Of a DNA stretch of 64,000 nucleotides, positions 62,158 to 64,000 are shown in pieces (the first letter of the stretch is position 1; each line of letters begins with the position of its first letter). Made by a program: the position numbers and the translations under genes. The notes under the pieces were generated by a model, which was not told the origin of the DNA, did not search any database, and saw only the letters and a list, made by a program, of their open reading frames with translations. The stretch covers positions 288,001 to 352,000 of the forward strand of contig CAVVOP010000008.1 in assembly GCA_963749915.1 (NCBI GenBank). The letters are read 5' to 3'. Source of the stretch: an uncultured cyanobacterium (lineage in GTDB: Bacteria > Cyanobacteriota > Cyanobacteriia > Cyanobacteriales > Cyanobacteriaceae).

Positions 62158-62640
62158 ATGAAAAGACGCACTTTTTTTACTATCACTTTTTCCGCTTTGC
62201 CTATTATTTTTAGTATTAATCAAACCAAATCTTCTACAGATAAACCGCAAAAAATCTCTTTATCCGATGCACAATGGAAGAAAAAACTTAGTGCGGAACA
62301 ATATCAAGTATTGAGAAAAGAAGCCACTGAAAAACCTTTCTCTAGTACTTTAAATGAGGAAAAAAGAAAGGGAATTTATACTTGTGCAGGGTGTGATTTG
62401 CCTCTCTTTAATTCTACTACTAAATATAATAGCGGTACTGGTTGGCCTAGTTTTTATGATACTATCGCCAATGCTATTGAAACAAAAAAAGACTTTAAGT
62501 TAGTCATTCCACGCACTGAATATCATTGTGCTAGATGTGGTGGCCATCAAGGTCATGTATTTAATGATGGACCAAAACCTACAGGAAAACGCTATTGTAA
62601 TAATGGTATAGCCTTAAAATTTGTTCCCGAAAATAGTTAA
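62158..62640 (+). CDS. msrB: Peptide-methionine (R)-S-oxide reductase, with Tat-like signal
   Basis: MKRRTFF N-terminus; VLR.EATE.PF, SGTGWPSF, GHQGHVF.DGP.PTG.RYC.N motifs. Confidence 0.93.
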   Translation: MKRRTFFTITFSALPIIFSINQTKSSTDKPQKISLSDAQWKKKLSAEQYQVLRKEATEKPFSSTLNEEKRKGIYTCAGCDLPLFNSTTKYNSGTGWPSFYDTIANAIETKKDFKLVIPRTEYHCARCGGHQGHVFNDGPKPTGKRYCNNGIALKFVPENS

Positions 62641-62734
62641 CACTTTCAAGAAACAGATTGGGGAAAGGGAGAATGAGAAACAAGAATTAAGGGGACTTTT
62701 CCCACAATAACTCGAATTTACTTCTTTTTTCTTA

Positions 62735-62768
62735 ACCTAAAACCTAAAACCTAAAACCTAAAACCTAA
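62735..62768 (+). repeat. Heptamer tandem repeat (AACCTAA)n
   Basis: aacctaaaacctaaaacctaaaacctaaaaccta upstream of leuB. Confidence 0.85.
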
Positions 62769-62829
62769 CAAACTTAGGTCCGAAATAGCTTATGATTATA
62801 GGTTGTCCAAAAACATATGAGTATCGATA

Positions 62830-63915
62830 ATGACGAATAAATATTCTATCACCTTATTACCCGGCGATGGTATTGGTCCAGAAATTATGGCTGTCACCGT
62901 CAGAGTATTAAACGTAATTGCCCAACAATGTGATTTAGAGTTTAAATTTCAAGAGGCTTTGATTGGTGGGGCGGCCATCGATGCTACAGGCAAGCCTTTA
63001 CCTCCAGAAACCGTTGAGATGTGTCGTCAAAGCGATTCTGTGTTGTTGGCGGCTATCGGTGGTTATAAGTGGGATAATTTACCCCGTGAACAACGACCAG
63101 AAACGGGGTTATTAGGCATTCGTGGTGCTTTGGGATTATTCGCCAATTTACGTCCTGCTACTATCTTACCTCAATTAATTGATGCTTCTAGTCTTAAACG
63201 GGAAGTCGTAGAGGGAGTTGATATTATGGTGGTACGAGAATTAACGGGCGGTATTTATTTTGGACAACCGAAGGGTATTTTTAGCTCAGAAACTGGAGAA
63301 AAACGGGGCGTAAATACGATGGTTTACAGCGAGTCGGAAATTGATCGCATTGCGAAGGTAGCTTTTGAAACGGCGCAAAAACGTCAAAGGCGACTATGTT
63401 CAGTAGATAAAGCGAATGTTTTAGATGTATCTCAATTATGGCGTGATCGTTTAATTAAAATGTCGGCGGAATATCCCGATGTGGAGTTAACCCATCTGTA
63501 CGTTGATAATGCGGCAATGCAATTAGTACGCAATCCCAAACAATTCGATACCATCGTCACGGGTAACTTATTCGGCGATATTCTTTCCGATGCGGCGGCT
63601 ATGTTAACTGGTAGTATTGGAATGTTACCCTCCGCCAGTTTAGGTAGCCATCGCCCCGGACTATTTGAGCCTGTACACGGTTCAGCACCTGATATTGCCG
63701 GGCAAGACAAAGCCAATCCCCTCGCTCAAGTTTTAAGTACGGCTATGATGTTACGTTATGGCTTAAATGAGCCTGTGGCTGCTGGTAAAATTGAAGAGGC
63801 AGTGTTAAAAGTCCTTGATTTAGGCTATCGCACGGGGGATATTATGTCAGAAGGATGTAAACCTGTGGGATGTCAAGAAATGGGTAAAATTTTATTAAGT
63901 GTTTTGGGATCTTAA
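62830..63915 (+). CDS. leuB: 3-isopropylmalate dehydrogenase
   Basis: [40 protein letters not shown] and [12 protein letters not shown] motifs. Confidence 0.97.
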   Translation: MTNKYSITLLPGDGIGPEIMAVTVRVLNVIAQQCDLEFKFQEALIGGAAIDATGKPLPPETVEMCRQSDSVLLAAIGGYKWDNLPREQRPETGLLGIRGALGLFANLRPATILPQLIDASSLKREVVEGVDIMVVRELTGGIYFGQPKGIFSSETGEKRGVNTMVYSESEIDRIAKVAFETAQKRQRRLCSVDKANVLDVSQLWRDRLIKMSAEYPDVELTHLYVDNAAMQLVRNPKQFDTIVTGNLFGDILSDAAAMLTGSIGMLPSASLGSHRPGLFEPVHGSAPDIAGQDKANPLAQVLSTAMMLRYGLNEPVAAGKIEEAVLKVLDLGYRTGDIMSEGCKPVGCQEMGKILLSVLGS

Positions 63916-64000
63916 TTTGTGTTGAACAATACAGCTAATTCTTATGTACAATAGACTGGGAAGAGCGAGTGAGAGATAATAACTTCCTTTTATGCTTAAT

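Overview
AT-rich chromosomal window from a unicellular cyanobacterium, indicated by recurrent HIP1 GCGATCGC octamers and by petM, cpcS, ndhF4/ndhD4, cofG and a cyanobacterial 6S RNA. Most of it is housekeeping: rodA, LCP, manC, SLC13 transporter, USP, rimI, Slt, NDH-2, NDH-1 subunits, rsmE, pirin, msrB and leuB. Many decayed mobile elements are interspersed: IS1, IS1634, IS5-like, IS701-like, IS4-like, a resolvase/DDE transposon remnant and several MITE families, with a dense IS graveyard around tRNA-Phe (17.7-22.1 kb). The most unusual element is a two-gene accessory cassette at 3.6-7.7 kb. Its 553-aa first ORF carries family-A (PolA-fold) polymerase-like motifs in the correct order, has no recognisable exonuclease domain, and has an altered steric-gate position. 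It is tightly linked to a RecD2 helicase and bracketed by IS ends. Other notable items are a guanidine-I riboswitch/NtcA-type locus whose guanidine hydrolase gene is truncated by IS1634, a tRNA-Phe with an A4-C69 acceptor mismatch, and a GC hairpin inserted at the IS1 frameshift site. All calls come from reading the sequence by eye; no database searches were run.
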